Assembly (NCBI RefSeq): GCF_006345805.1
Contig: NC_043006.1
Span: forward strand, 35,216,001-35,280,000
Direction: 5' to 3'
DNA: 64,000 bases
From: Octopus sinensis
Lineage: Eukaryota
Of the stretch, positions 1 to 11,169 are shown piece by piece. A model generated the notes under the pieces. The model was given only the letters and a program-made list of their open reading frames with translations. It was not told the origin of the DNA and ran no database searches. The number at the start of each line of letters is the position of its first letter. The stretch's first letter is position 1. A program made the position numbers and the translations under genes.

Positions 1-28
1 CTTTAGTTATAATAATAATAATAATAAT

Positions 29-82
<54 letters not shown>
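1..82. repeat. (TAA)n microsatellite
   Basis: Directly visible TAA run immediately before an R4-like fragment. Confidence 0.95.
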
Positions 83-670
83 TATAAAAATAACGACACG
101 GCAATGTGGCCTGATATGTCCACTTGCTGTTGTGCGATAAAGCAAAGCTTGAGAAAGCTGGACAGTGGTATGAACACAAGCCAGAAGGCGTAATGGAAAA
201 CGAACGTTACAAAATACTCTGGGATTTTAACCTGCAGTGCGACCAGGTCATAGACTCGAGACGATCAGATGTGATCATCCATAAACTTGAAAATTATGCA
301 AAGATAATAGATGATACAATACCAGGCGATTCGAAGATTAAATGTAAGGAAACAGATATGAGTGAAAAATACCAGCCACTGCGGGACGAGATAGTAAAAT
401 TATGGGGCATGAAGAAAGTAATGGTGACACTGGTGGTTTATTGGAGCATTCGGAGCAGTTTCCAAGGGTTTAGAAAAACATATTAAGAATATTGGAACTG
501 CTGTCAGGCGCGAGGTAATCCAGAAGAAAGCATTGTTGGGCGCAGCTTGCATTCTAAGGAGAGTATTGTCTCTTTGAGTTACAGCACAGGGCATTACTTG
601 AAATGTTTAGTGATTTGTTATTGCCTGCTTTCAAGTAAAGAACAACCGTAAATAGAACAGCGTGAATCAA
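83..670 (+). mobile_element. 5'-truncated R4/Dong-like non-LTR retrotransposon 3' end (restriction-like endonuclease domain), degenerate
   Basis: Translation gives QWYEHKPEGVMENERYKILWDFNLQCDQVIDSRRSDV...IID..IPGD...EKYQPL..EIVKLW. After a frameshift it continues IGALGAVSKG..QKKALLGAACILRRVLSL* (stop 575-577). This is the typical C-terminus of RLE-type LINEs, flanked by trinucleotide microsatellites. Confidence 0.85.
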
Positions 671-685
671 AACAACACCAACAGC

Positions 686-723
<38 letters not shown>

Positions 724-834
724 CGACAACGAGGACGACTACGACGACGACGACGATGATGATGATGATGATGATGATAATGATAATAATATTAATAATA
801 ATAATAATAACAACAACAATAATAATAATAATGA
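668..834. repeat. Compound (AAC)n/(GAC)n/(GAT)n/(AAT)n microsatellite
   Basis: Directly visible; explains the poly-N/poly-D and poly-V/I ORFs in the track. Confidence 0.95.
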
Positions 835-1070
835 CAATATAGCAGAAATTGATAAACGCAGAATCTGTGGACAAAACGGTGAAACCATATGGCATATTAC
901 CAGCCAAAGTACGCCACTAAGCCCCGAAGGAATATAAGAGACGCCACGACACTATACCCAGGCTTGACAATTGGACACGCTGCAACAGGTATGGACTTGA
1001 CAGAGCAATAAATTGGCACGACCACAAACCTGAAAGCCTCGTCGAAAATAGAAATGCAAAATCCTATGGG
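835..1070 (+). mobile_element. Second R4-like fragment, left part (zinc-knuckle region up to KILW)
   Basis: Reads RICGQNGETIWHITS...KEYKRRHDT...NWHDHKPESLVEN..KILW across frameshifts, then is cut by the CR1-group insertion. Confidence 0.75.
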
Positions 1071-2104
1071 GTCATATGGCTCCTTCCAAGTTCAAGTTAA
1101 TGGTTCGCGGTCCGACGTCTCCAGTGCGAGCAGTGGCGTGCCTCAAGGTTCAGTGCTCGGGCCCTTGTTGTTCTTAGTCTTCATAAATGACTTGCCCGAC
1201 GACCTCACGCAACACACCCTTCTATTTGCCGACGATATCAAACTGGTCGCTCCTCGCGGTAGTATAGAGGATCTTCACCAAATTTGGAAGTGGTCTAACG
1301 ATTGGGACCTGTGTCTGAACGTGTCAAAGTGCTGTCATCTGCCTGTCGGCTCTACTCCTGCAACTCAACTTGATTTCGAGCCGGGTCGTCTGCTGCTGGA
1401 GAGGACCGATCAGGTAAAGGACCTGGGTATCTGGGTGGATTCCTCCTTTTCGCCTTCGGCCCAGTGCGTCCATGCTGCCAACAAAGCGCGCGGAATTCTG
1501 TTTTTCATTCGACGGTCATTCGGAATGCTCACAGCAGCCATATTCCTGCCACTCTATGTCACGCTGGTGAGACCCATATTGGAGTATGGGATTCAAGCCT
1601 CTTCTCCTTATCTCCTCAAAGACATACAACATCTCGAAAGAGTCCAGAGGCTGGCTACCCGCATGGTTCATGGTCTCAATAATTTGTCCTACGAAGAAAG
1701 GCTGAGAACGCTCGACCTTTATTCTCTTGAAAAACGCCGCCGCCGTGGTGATCTCATTCTCGCCCACAACATCATAAGCGGGAAGTGTAACCTCTCGAAA
1801 GAGCTGTTCTTCACTCCTGCTCCGGAGCGTCGGCTGCGGGGTCATTCCGAAAAGCTCTACTTGCGACGATTTCATCTCAATCGAAGGAGAGGAGCTTTCT
1901 CCGTCCGGGTTGCGGATCCGTGGAACAAGCTGCCAGACGAGATGGTGAAGATGCCGACGACCGCTTTGTTCAAAGCCTCCCTGGACCTCAAGTGGCCTGA
2001 ACTCTTTACATGAACACCACCCTGTACTTAACTCCATGTCCCTCTACATGGCCTTGCTATTTGCTTTTGAGCCAAATTAACTAACTAACTAACTAACTAA
2101 CTAA
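1071..2104 (+). mobile_element. 5'-truncated CR1/L2-group LINE (RT C-terminal half, uninterrupted ORF to stop at 2013)
   Basis: Motifs VPQGSVLGPLLFLVFINDLP, LFADDIKL, VKDLGIWVD, RPILEYG, LERVQRLATR, YEERL..LDLYSLEKRRRRGDLI, FSVRVADPWNKLP. The 3' UTR has a hairpin ccatgt/acatgg (2034-2051) and a (CTAA)n tail. Confidence 0.93.
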
Positions 2105-2215
2105 CAGTACGACTAGGAGATAGAGAATAGGAAGCCAGACATAAAGTTAAAGGAGAAAGAAAACTATGCTGGATCATAGATATAGAATACCCATCAGACA
2201 GAAAGCTCTTACATA
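2105..2215 (+). mobile_element. Second R4-like fragment, right part (RLE core)
   Basis: Continues Q(Y)D.EIENRKPDI...ERKLCWIIDIEYPSD, the PD...D-type endonuclease motif that normally follows KILWDF. Confidence 0.7.
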
Positions 2216-2529
2216 GTGTCACTACAATAAGAGCTTGTCACAGCTGATTACACCACATAAGGCACACATTTTCACAAACATTTACAATCCAAGTGTCACG
2301 TTGATTATACCTGCGATGAATTCTATACTTGATCTGTTTATATCAATAACTGCAGCTCTCTCCCGTGCAGTTTTTCTTTGGCACCATGCCTTTCTTTTAC
2401 CATTCTCCAGCTGAAGAAGATTAGTGTGAAGACGAGCCTTCACTTTTTAAGGAGTGTTGTCCTGCAAAATTTCACACGTTACAGTATTTTCTATTTTCTG
2501 TTGAGTTTGTAATCTTGCCTCTCACAATA

Positions 2530-2925
2530 TAGAAACATTTCTCATTGCCCCAGCAGACAAAATGGAGAAGTCGTTGCTCCAGATGAAAGACGAGGGAAAT
2601 GCGCTGGAACAGTTGGTCTGACTAAGCGCCCTGCACTTGCGGACAGTAATCTCCACCCAGATAGCGTTGAGAAAAAGTATGGTCCAGGGGCCAAGAACAC
2701 CAGAGGTCTCAACTGCCAGAGGCTCGACCGTAAACCTGCCGGAGAGCGACGGATACTTTGACAGTTTGCATTTCTCAGCCTGACGTGCAAAGGAAACCTG
2801 AACTGGTAGCTGACAGCACTAAGATGCCACTAGAGAAATTGTCACAGAATGTGGCGTACCAGATGAGGGGCCTAAAGCCTCGAAACGGGAAGAGTGTAAC
2901 CGAGGGAATCTTGCGAGACAGTGTT
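2530..2925 (-). mobile_element. CRE-clade non-LTR retrotransposon 3' fragment (RLE domain), degenerate
   Basis: Minus strand reads PSVTLFPF...LIWYATFCDNFS...ARQAEKCKLSKYPSLSGRFTVEPLAVETSGVLGP...LFQRISLV..SNDFSILSAG. This matches the CRE-type pattern RPDG.TL.P...LVWDAT / P.AVET.G.LGP / FQR.S..I.RGN. Confidence 0.75.
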
Positions 2926-3344
2926 ATATAATATTTATCCACTCACAATCCTATGTAATTGTTTTGGAAGTTTGGTGACAGTTCGGAGAACATAGTTTGT
3001 ACAAGCCTTTGATCTCTCAGAAACTTTTTCATATCGATGGCTTTCGTGCTGGACAAAACATTAGCAAAATCAATTTATTCGTATTCGTGTTAAAGCCAGA
3101 AACGATATGTGGATGCGTGGCGTTGGCATTTCTACTCAGTTGCGTTAAAATAATTATTTCCCGCTGCCTGCGTTCATCTCGGCATCTTACGTTTCTATGA
3201 AATAGTGCCTATACGCACACTTTCCATTTACTTATATCTTTATCTTTCATACGTTATCTTTTTACTTTTTCCCTTAATGGAGTGCGACAATGCTGGGGTA
3301 CCACCTTGAAAAGTTTAGTTTTAATATCTGGTGCACAATCGAGT

Positions 3345-3540
3345 ACCCATATAAATTGTTGGCGATTTTCTTTCTCCGTCTTCCCTTCCTTCGACCTTTG
3401 CATTTTCTATGTCTCTGACGAAGAACTCCGATCGAAACGTTAAATCATCATTCTTTCTTTCCTTTCATGAGCGTCAAATAACAGTATACTTATTCCACTT
3501 CCTCGCGTTGTAGTGTTATCTCTTTGTTCATATTTGGAGT
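3345..3540 (+). mobile_element. Penelope-like terminal (pLTR/tail-type) repeat with minimal type I hammerhead motif at 3412-3444
   Basis: TCT-CTGACGA-A-GAAC-TCC-GATC-GAAA-CGT-T-AAA. A homologous copy lies in reverse at 41478-41700; both abut (TA)n. Confidence 0.65.
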
Positions 3541-3545
3541 AGCTA

Positions 3546-3651
<106 letters not shown>

Positions 3652-3854
3652 GGGTGTTTATTTCAGAGGTTAGAGAAACGATTAGGTACGCTAGGTAAGT
3701 GCTGCAACAGATTACTATGATTCGAAGATTATAGCCATCTGCAATGGAGCCATTGCAGATCTCCGGTATAGCGGATTTCTAATCGTTAAAGAGGACAACA
3801 AACGTTAAGCAAGGCAAGCATCTCCAGTCATATACATTATTATTATTAGAAAAA

Positions 3855-3932
3855 AATTCAAAATCTTACAGCTGTTTCTGTCATATCGCATACACTGGGA
3901 TATCTCAGAAACAGCCGTAAGACTTTAAATTT
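3855..3932. repeat. Short fold-back (about 27-bp imperfect inverted repeats)
   Basis: aaattcaaaatcttacagctgtttctg ... cagaaacagccgtaagactttaaattt. Confidence 0.75.
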
Positions 3933-3962
3933 CCCTTAACGTTTGTTGTTCTCATTAACAAT

Positions 3963-4031
<69 letters not shown>

Positions 4032-4298
4032 TTATATATATATAAAATTCAGATCAGTTACCATTATCTTTAGAAAAATAATGATAAAGTGGTCAGCAAA
4101 CATAATCCAAATAAGCAAAGAATAAATAATAAAAGTTCAGGGTGCAATATGCATCTCTTTGCTAGAAAGAAGAGTTAAAACACTCCAAATCCACCCATCT
4201 CTAAGTATATGTAAACACGCACGGAAAATGTAGCAAATATACTAAAGAAAACACAGTCGTCCTCATTTGTAAAACTACAAACAGCGGGGTCGATATCC

Positions 4299-4361
4299 CA
4301 GTATCAATTGATTTCGCTTTCTGTATCTAATTGACACTTAACACTTAAAGCTTATCAGCTT
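4299..4361 (-). ncRNA. Degenerate type I hammerhead motif (G8 mutated)
   Basis: Minus strand: AG-CTGATAA-GCTTT...AAAGC-GAAA-TCAATTGAT-A-CT. Perfect 5-bp stem II and palindromic stem III; stem I is cut by a microsatellite. Confidence 0.5.
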
Positions 4362-4393
4362 CATACATACACACACACACACACATACACACC

Positions 4394-4437
<44 letters not shown>

Positions 4438-4444
4438 AAGAGAC

Positions 4445-4501
<57 letters not shown>

Positions 4502-4552
4502 CATAGATAGACAAATAGATAGACAGACAGATAGACAGACAGACAGACAGAC

Positions 4553-4627
<75 letters not shown>

Positions 4628-5659
4628 CAGACAGATAGATAGATACGACGGACTTAATGTACGCATCTTCCCGGGTCTATAGTAGTAGACACTTTTCCCA
4701 GGTACTGTTCAGTCTCACTAAACTCGGAACTACGCAGCTGCAAACTTCGTAGACTCCATAAGGTTTTGTGACGATAATCGAACTCTTGGATAATCGAATT
4801 CCTATGTCCTTTACTTTGTTGACATACATCTCGGAATGTCTGTTGGAAATTTCTACTAATATCCTTTTATTTATATAATTTCCCTCATTTGCAATTCATT
4901 TGGGAAGTGTTGGTATATTTAACATAGCGGTTCAAGCGTTGCAAAAACAAGATTGTTCTCACGGGAAGTAGACTCTTCTTTACAGGAGGTAGATATCCCG
5001 CCTCCCAGGATAGAGACTTTTTTCACGAGAGAACAGAACCATTTCACAAAAGATTGATTCTCATCACCACAGAACGGCCTCATCTCCACAAAGAACGACG
5101 ATTCAACATGAAGTTTAATTGCTTTTGTTTTTATTTTACTCTATTTTTGTTTTCTTTTTGTTAATTCGAAAAAGTTTCTCTATCCACTTCTGCCTCTCTC
5201 TGTTTGTCTTATTCATAAATAGATGCGATAGTAGTGCTGTGAAGAAGTTCTAGTACTATATTTTATTACATTTTCTGCTGTTGTTGCTGTTGCTGTGTCT
5301 GACACTCATTGTCTCCGCCGGTTTTGACAGGGTTTGTGACTTTTTTCTCTCTCCTTTCAGCAGCTACAGACGAATTTTATAAACGACTCCAGAATAGGAC
5401 CCAATACGAACTTATGTTACAATGCTATATTAGGACGAGAATCTTTGCGATTTGTTTGTCGCTGGTAATTTATCTTAAAAGTGGTTTCTTTATTAACGGC
5501 AATATTGTAACGATCCGGTATTTTACGCAGACTGTGTCATCATGCCATTTTTAATTAAGCCGATATTTTGGAAGCGTTCTTAAACAATCAGGGTATGTTT
5601 AGCCGTCGGATTTTTTACAAGAGGTTTTTCTGAGCTTTGCTCAGTATTATTTTTAATGT

Positions 5660-6090
5660 GTGCCGTGAGGTGGCAGAGTCGTTCGCTCAATGGACAAAAT
5701 GTTTAACGACATTCCTTCCGTTTTACGTTCTGATTTCAAATTACACTGATGGTGTCATTGACATTCATTCTTTCAGTATCGATAGAATAAATATCATTTG
5801 AGCACTGGGATCGATGTAACCGACATATCTCAAAATTGCTGGCCTTGTACCAAATTTTGAAACAATTATTAATCTATATAGTGAGCTCAGAGAATCGTTA
5901 GCACGCCGGAGAAAGTTTTTGCGGCATTTCATCTCACTTTTACGTTCTAAGTTCAAATCCCGCCAACATCGACTTGGTGTTTCATCCTTTCGGAGTCGAT
6001 AAAGTAAGTGCCGGTTGAGCACTGGCAAGTCCGTGAAATAAACTATCCCCCTCCCTCAAAATTTCCGGCCTTTTGTCGACAGTAGAGAGG
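5660..6090 (+). mobile_element. Two tandem diverged copies of tRNA-derived SINE family B
   Basis: Both carry the ...GCAGA(G/A)TCGTT.GC head, a GTTCAAAT box and the CATCCTTTCGG.GTCGATAAA-like body seen in other copies (8558-9033, 50805-51020, 60785-61312). Confidence 0.7.
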
Positions 6091-6819
6091 ATTATTAACT
6101 TGTTCTGTGTTCCTTGATTATGGAAACCTAGTTATCTTGAAAGCTGAACTGGTTCGCTTATAGATAACACGAACAAGAGACATCATGTAGTAGGTTCCAT
6201 GATGCTATCAGGGAGGATATTCTAAGCTTATAAAATTAGCTTAGATAAACACAATACAAACGATAACAATGGCAAACAAATGAAGGCTGCTACATATTGT
6301 TAGGTCTGCTAAAATTAGAGCTGAATACATCATTAATAGTTACCCATGGGTAACTTAAACTGTGCCACCTATGAAAATAGTGTGTGACAGTGGAAATGTT
6401 CTTACAGAGTCAGCCAGTTTGCTCGATATAGCAAATGCGTCTCCCTAAAATTGTCTCATATTATACTGAGTAATGAAATGACATATTAGGCCTTTCGATG
6501 CAGCCCTCTAAACTCTGCTGAACGTGCAAGGTGCTTGCTGCTGAAATGGCTTAGGTCAAGGGTTTACCCATTGGGGCCTGACTTGAGATAATCAGCAACG
6601 ATAATACCAGCGTCAACAACGTTGAAGAACTAAAATGACAGTAATAACAACGATAATGAAAATAATTTAATGGCAACATTAAAATGTAACAACAACGACA
6701 AGGACAACAACAAGTGTGTTATCCATTATCAAACGAAGAAATCTAAAGAATGAAACGGTTCTTCTGGAAAGCTTGATTCCTGCATGCGGGAGAACGAACG
6801 TGAGGGAGACAGAGGAAGA

Positions 6820-6824
6820 GAGAA

Positions 6825-6890
<66 letters not shown>

Positions 6891-7140
6891 ACAGAGAGAA
6901 AAGGAGAGAGAGAAAGGGAGAGAGAGAGAAAGGGAGAGAGACAGATAGACAGAGAAAAGAGAGAGAGAAAGAAGGGAGGAAATTTACACGAGAGTCTGTA
7001 AGATGAGAACGAATACACAATAAGAGGAAAGAGAAATTTGGTAGAGAAAAGGAACGAGAAGTAAAGAGAAAGAGATAGATACATAGAAAGATAGAGAGAG
7101 AGATACCGGGAGAGGGAAAGGGTGGGGGAGGGGCAGGAAG
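6820..7140. repeat. (GA)n-rich purine tract
   Basis: Directly visible. Confidence 0.9.
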
Positions 7141-7329
7141 AAGAAAAGAGAGATTAACATGTGTAAAGCAGACCAGAATGTATGGTTTGTTGTTGAGTCT
7201 GGAATAAAAAAGAAAATATATAATTAGTAAGGCGTGGTCTAAAAATTCTAATGGATCTTTTCAGAACTCCCATCTGTATTGTTATGCCTGATGTTATTAA
7301 TTTTGCTGCCAATACACTTGTTTTTGGTG

Positions 7330-7615
7330 TTGATGTTCTTGCTCCGGTTGATGGCATTATGTTGTTGTTGCTGAAGTGGATTGTGGTTCTGTTGATGAAG
7401 ACGATGATCATGATGAAAATGATGCAGATAATGATGTTGATAATGATGAGAATGATGAAGATAATGATGACGATGTTGATGATGATGATGATGATGATGA
7501 TAGTAAAAGTCACGATGGTGATGATAAAGGTGATGCTGATGGTAGTGGTGATGGTCGCGGTGGTGTTGCTGTTGGTGGTTGTGGTGGTGGTGGTGGTGGT
7601 GGTACTGATGATACA
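7330..7615. repeat. Degenerate (GAT)n/(GGT)n microsatellite
   Basis: Directly visible; source of poly-D/M/H ORFs. Confidence 0.9.
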
Positions 7616-7914
7616 CTTTTTTCCTGATTTTGGTCTTTCGCTTGTTTTATCTGAATGTCTTTTCTCTTTCGTCGCTCAACCTGCCTTTCTGTCTCTCTCT
7701 TTCACTCTTTCTCTCTCTCTCTCTCTCAAACACACACACACACATACACGTATAGACACACACGCATAGACAGACGCACAGACAACACACTCGCATACAC
7801 GCACACACTTGCCAATGTATACATCAAGGCGATCGTCACGCCGCCCATTACGAAGCGGTCTTATAATACGAACCTCACAAAGATATTCTTTATAGAGGGA
7901 AGCAACAGCTTCAT

Positions 7915-8160
7915 TGATCATCATCATCACCATCATCATCATCGTCATCGTCGTCATTATCGTCATCATCATCCCCGTCGTCACCATCATCATCATCAGC
8001 AGCAGCAGCATTATTACCATCATCTTCATCGTCGTCATCGTCATCGTCATCATCACCACTCTAACTGTCTCCACTATCATGATCATCATAATCATGATCA
8101 TGATCATCATGATCATCATCATCATCATCATCATCGATGTCGTCATCATCATCATCATTA
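7915..8160. repeat. Degenerate (CAT)n microsatellite
   Basis: Directly visible; source of poly-H/I ORFs. Confidence 0.9.
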
Positions 8161-8384
8161 GACCCAAAAGCAGAAACAGGAGCAGCTGCTGTATTAAATT
8201 GATTTTTCATTCAGCTAATTTTAAACCTTGTAGACCGTATGTGTGTGTGTGTGTGTGTGTGTGTGTCTGTGTGTGTGTGTGCGCGCGTTCATGTGTGCGA
8301 TCTTAAGCACGCGCACGCATATGTTGGATTGTGTGTTTGCGTTTGTTTGCATTCTCATATATGCATTTATGTATACATATATTT

Positions 8385-8540
8385 GTGACTGTGTGGTAAG
8401 AAATTTGCTGGCGAACCACATGGTTCCGGGATCAGTCCCAGTTGGTGTTAACTCGGACAAGGGACTTCTAATATAGCATCGGGCTAATCAAAGCCGTGTG
8501 AGAGTATCTGGTAGACGGAAACTGAAAGAAGCCTGTCGTA
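8385..8540 (+). mobile_element. tRNA-derived SINE family A, 5' half
   Basis: Head TG.CTGTGTGGTAAG, B-box-like GGATCAGTCCC, and the GGTAGACGGAAACTGAAAGAAGCC segment shared with many copies. Confidence 0.75.
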
Positions 8541-8557
8541 TATATATATACGCAAGG

Positions 8558-9033
8558 AAGAAAGGCAAAGTCGACCTCGGCGGAATTTCAACTGAGAACA
8601 TAGCGGCAGACGAAATACCTATTTCTTTACTACCCACAAGGGGCTAAACACAGAAAGGATAAACAAGGACAGACAAACGGATTAAGTCGATTATATCGAC
8701 CTCAGTGCGTAAATGGTACTTATTTAATCGAACCCGAAAGGATAAAAGGCAAAGTCGACCTCGGCGGAATTTGAACTCAGAACGTAGCGGCAGACGAAAT
8801 ACCTATTTCTTTATTACCCACAAGGGGCTAAACACAGAGCGGACAAACAAGGACAGACATAGGTATTAAGTCGATTACATCGACCCCAGTGCGTTACTGG
8901 TACTTAATTTATCGACCCCGAAAGGATGAAAGGCAAAGTCGACCTCGGCGGAATTTGAACTCACAACGTAACGCAGACGAAATACCGGTAAGCATTTCGA
9001 CTGGCGTGCTAACGATTCTGCCAGCTCGCCGCC
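8558..9033 (-). mobile_element. SINE family B with internal tandem multimer (about 184-bp period, about 2.5 units)
   Basis: aaaggcaaagtcgacctcggcggaattt recurs at about 8561, 8745 and 8929. A single complete head (ggcggcgagctggcagaatcgttagc) lies at 9033-9005. Confidence 0.85.
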
Positions 9034-9249
9034 TTGCATACAAATTTATATACCATTGAGCTTTGGTTCAGGTAATATTCCATACTACTTATTAGCAATT
9101 TTCGATTTGACTAATCGTTTTCTTTATGCCGGAAAACCGAAAATTGAACCTTAAAATATGCAAGGTGTAAAATATCTGTTTATTTATTGCTCTTATAAAC
9201 ACTCAGTCAGCTGTAATGAAGGAGCGTTAATTGTTCTGTGTACTCCGTC

Positions 9250-9545
9250 GCTTATAACGACTAAGGTTCCAGTTGATCTGATCAACTCAACAGCCTGCTC
9301 GAGTACAAGGGCCGAGTACTCCACAGACACATGTACACTTAACGTAATTCTCAGGGAGATTCAGCGTGACACAGAGTGTGGCATGGTCGGTCATTTGAAA
9401 TACAGGTACAACTCATTTTCGCCAGCTGAGTGGACCGAGGCAACATGAAATAAAGTATCTTGCTCAAGGACACAATGCGCAACTGGGAATCGAACTCATG
9501 ACCTTACGTTCGTGAGCTGAATACACTAATCGCTAAGCCACGCAC
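9250..9545 (-). mobile_element. tRNA-derived SINE family C, diverged
   Basis: Head with GTTCGATTCCC box at the right end; tail similar to the 10313-10670 copy. Confidence 0.65.
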
Positions 9546-9795
9546 CTATAGCAGTTGACAGAACAACGTACGAGTCACATTTCGACGGTTAGGACTGATG
9601 CCGTCTTCTCGAAACTTCTAACTCAGCTTTGTATATTACGTGAGTTTGTAAGTGTGTAAATATACACACAGAGAGAAGCACACATATATACACACATAGG
9701 CACACACATACATATATATATACATATATATACACATATATATGTACATATATGTAGAAGAATATATATACATATACATATACATACATATATAT

Positions 9796-9906
<111 letters not shown>

Positions 9907-10312
9907 TATATGCATACATATATAAAAGCATAGAAATTTGTCGGATGAACCAGAGAATCGTTCAATACTAGGTAATATATGATGGAGACTACATTGTTTA
10001 CCGAAACTGAATTTTTATCTTGATCTGGCGAGCTGACTTTCACACCACTGAGATTTTGCAGACGATAACGGTTAGAACTGTGTGTTCTTGATGTAGAATT
10101 ATACTGATTGCTGTGGTCATGTGCCCCGGCTTCAGTCTGTTCATTCGTTTGTATTTAGTTCATATTGATTGATTTTCCAGTTCTTGTCGTTGGTTCTTTT
10201 GTATGATCTTTTGTGCAGACTGTATGTTTTGAAAGCTTTTATTCATTCTAAGTGTACAAAACTTTATAAGATTGCTCTGGTGTTAATTGTTTTATTGTAT
10301 TGTGATATATGT

Positions 10313-10670
10313 GGAAGTGCAATGGCTCAGTGGTTAGAGCAGCGGACTTGATTCCCAGACCGGGCGTTGTGAGTGTTTATTGAGCGAAAATACCTAAAAG
10401 CTCTACGTGGCTCCGACAAGGGTAGTGGCGAACCCTGCTCTACTCTTTCACCAAAACTTTCTTTCACTATTTCTTCCCGTTTCTGTTGTACATGTATTTC
10501 AAAGAGCCAGCCTTGTCACACTCTGTGTCACGTTGAATCTCCCCGACAACTACGTAAAGGGTACATGTGTCTGAGGTGTTCTCAGCCACTTGCACGTTAA
10601 TTTCACGAGCAGGCTATTCCGTTAATTGGATCAACTGGAACCCTCGTCGCCGTAACCGACGGACTGCCAC
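10313..10670 (+). mobile_element. tRNA-derived SINE family C
   Basis: A-box TGGCTCAGTGG. Body ...CCTTGTCACACTCTGTGTCACG.TGAATCTCCCC... and tail GGAACCCTCGTCGCCGTAACCGACGG are shared with 45495-45780 and 59740-59860. Confidence 0.8.
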
Positions 10671-11169
10671 GTTTGTGACAGTTTCTACCTATGAAACTCA
10701 TTATGGTTGGTTCCTTCGTAAGTAACGTTTCAGAACTGAATAATTTTGGTATGACAATTTTTACTAGGATCAAGTATATAAGAGATTTTGTTGGTGTGTT
10801 TATGTGTACGCCAATATCTGAAATTCTTGTAAGCATAAACTCAAACGATGATAATTAAAAAAAAAAAAGAAGTATTCAACATTACAACCCAATGAATATC
10901 ACCAATTTTTGGCTAAAAAGAATTATTGGACCGAGCAGCACGATACCATAACAATTAGCCCCGGGATAGCTGTGAGCTGGCAGAATCGTTAACACACTGG
11001 ACAAAATGCCTTGAAACATTTCGTCGATCTTTACATTCCTTCAACATTTTAAGGTATTTCAACATTTTCAGCTCGATAAAATAAACACCAGTTGAACACT
11101 AGGGTCGATGTAATTAACGTATCTCCTCAATTGAAGTTGCTAGTATTGGGCCAAAATTAGAAATCAATA

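Noticed and set aside
1054-2013. 319-aa ORF as a host gene
   Set aside because: It is a 5'-truncated LINE RT fragment with a borrowed ATG.
2860-2888. CAGATGA-GGGGC-CTAAA-GCCTC-GAAAC, a hammerhead-like string
   Set aside because: U4 is replaced, no stem III or stem I follows, and it lies antisense within the CRE coding remnant, so it is probably coincidental.
5361-5464. Possible plus-strand exon (tttctctctcctttcag|...ctg|gtaatt)
   Set aside because: Splice signals and two open frames, but no recognisable peptide or partner exons; such matches are expected by chance in 64 kb.
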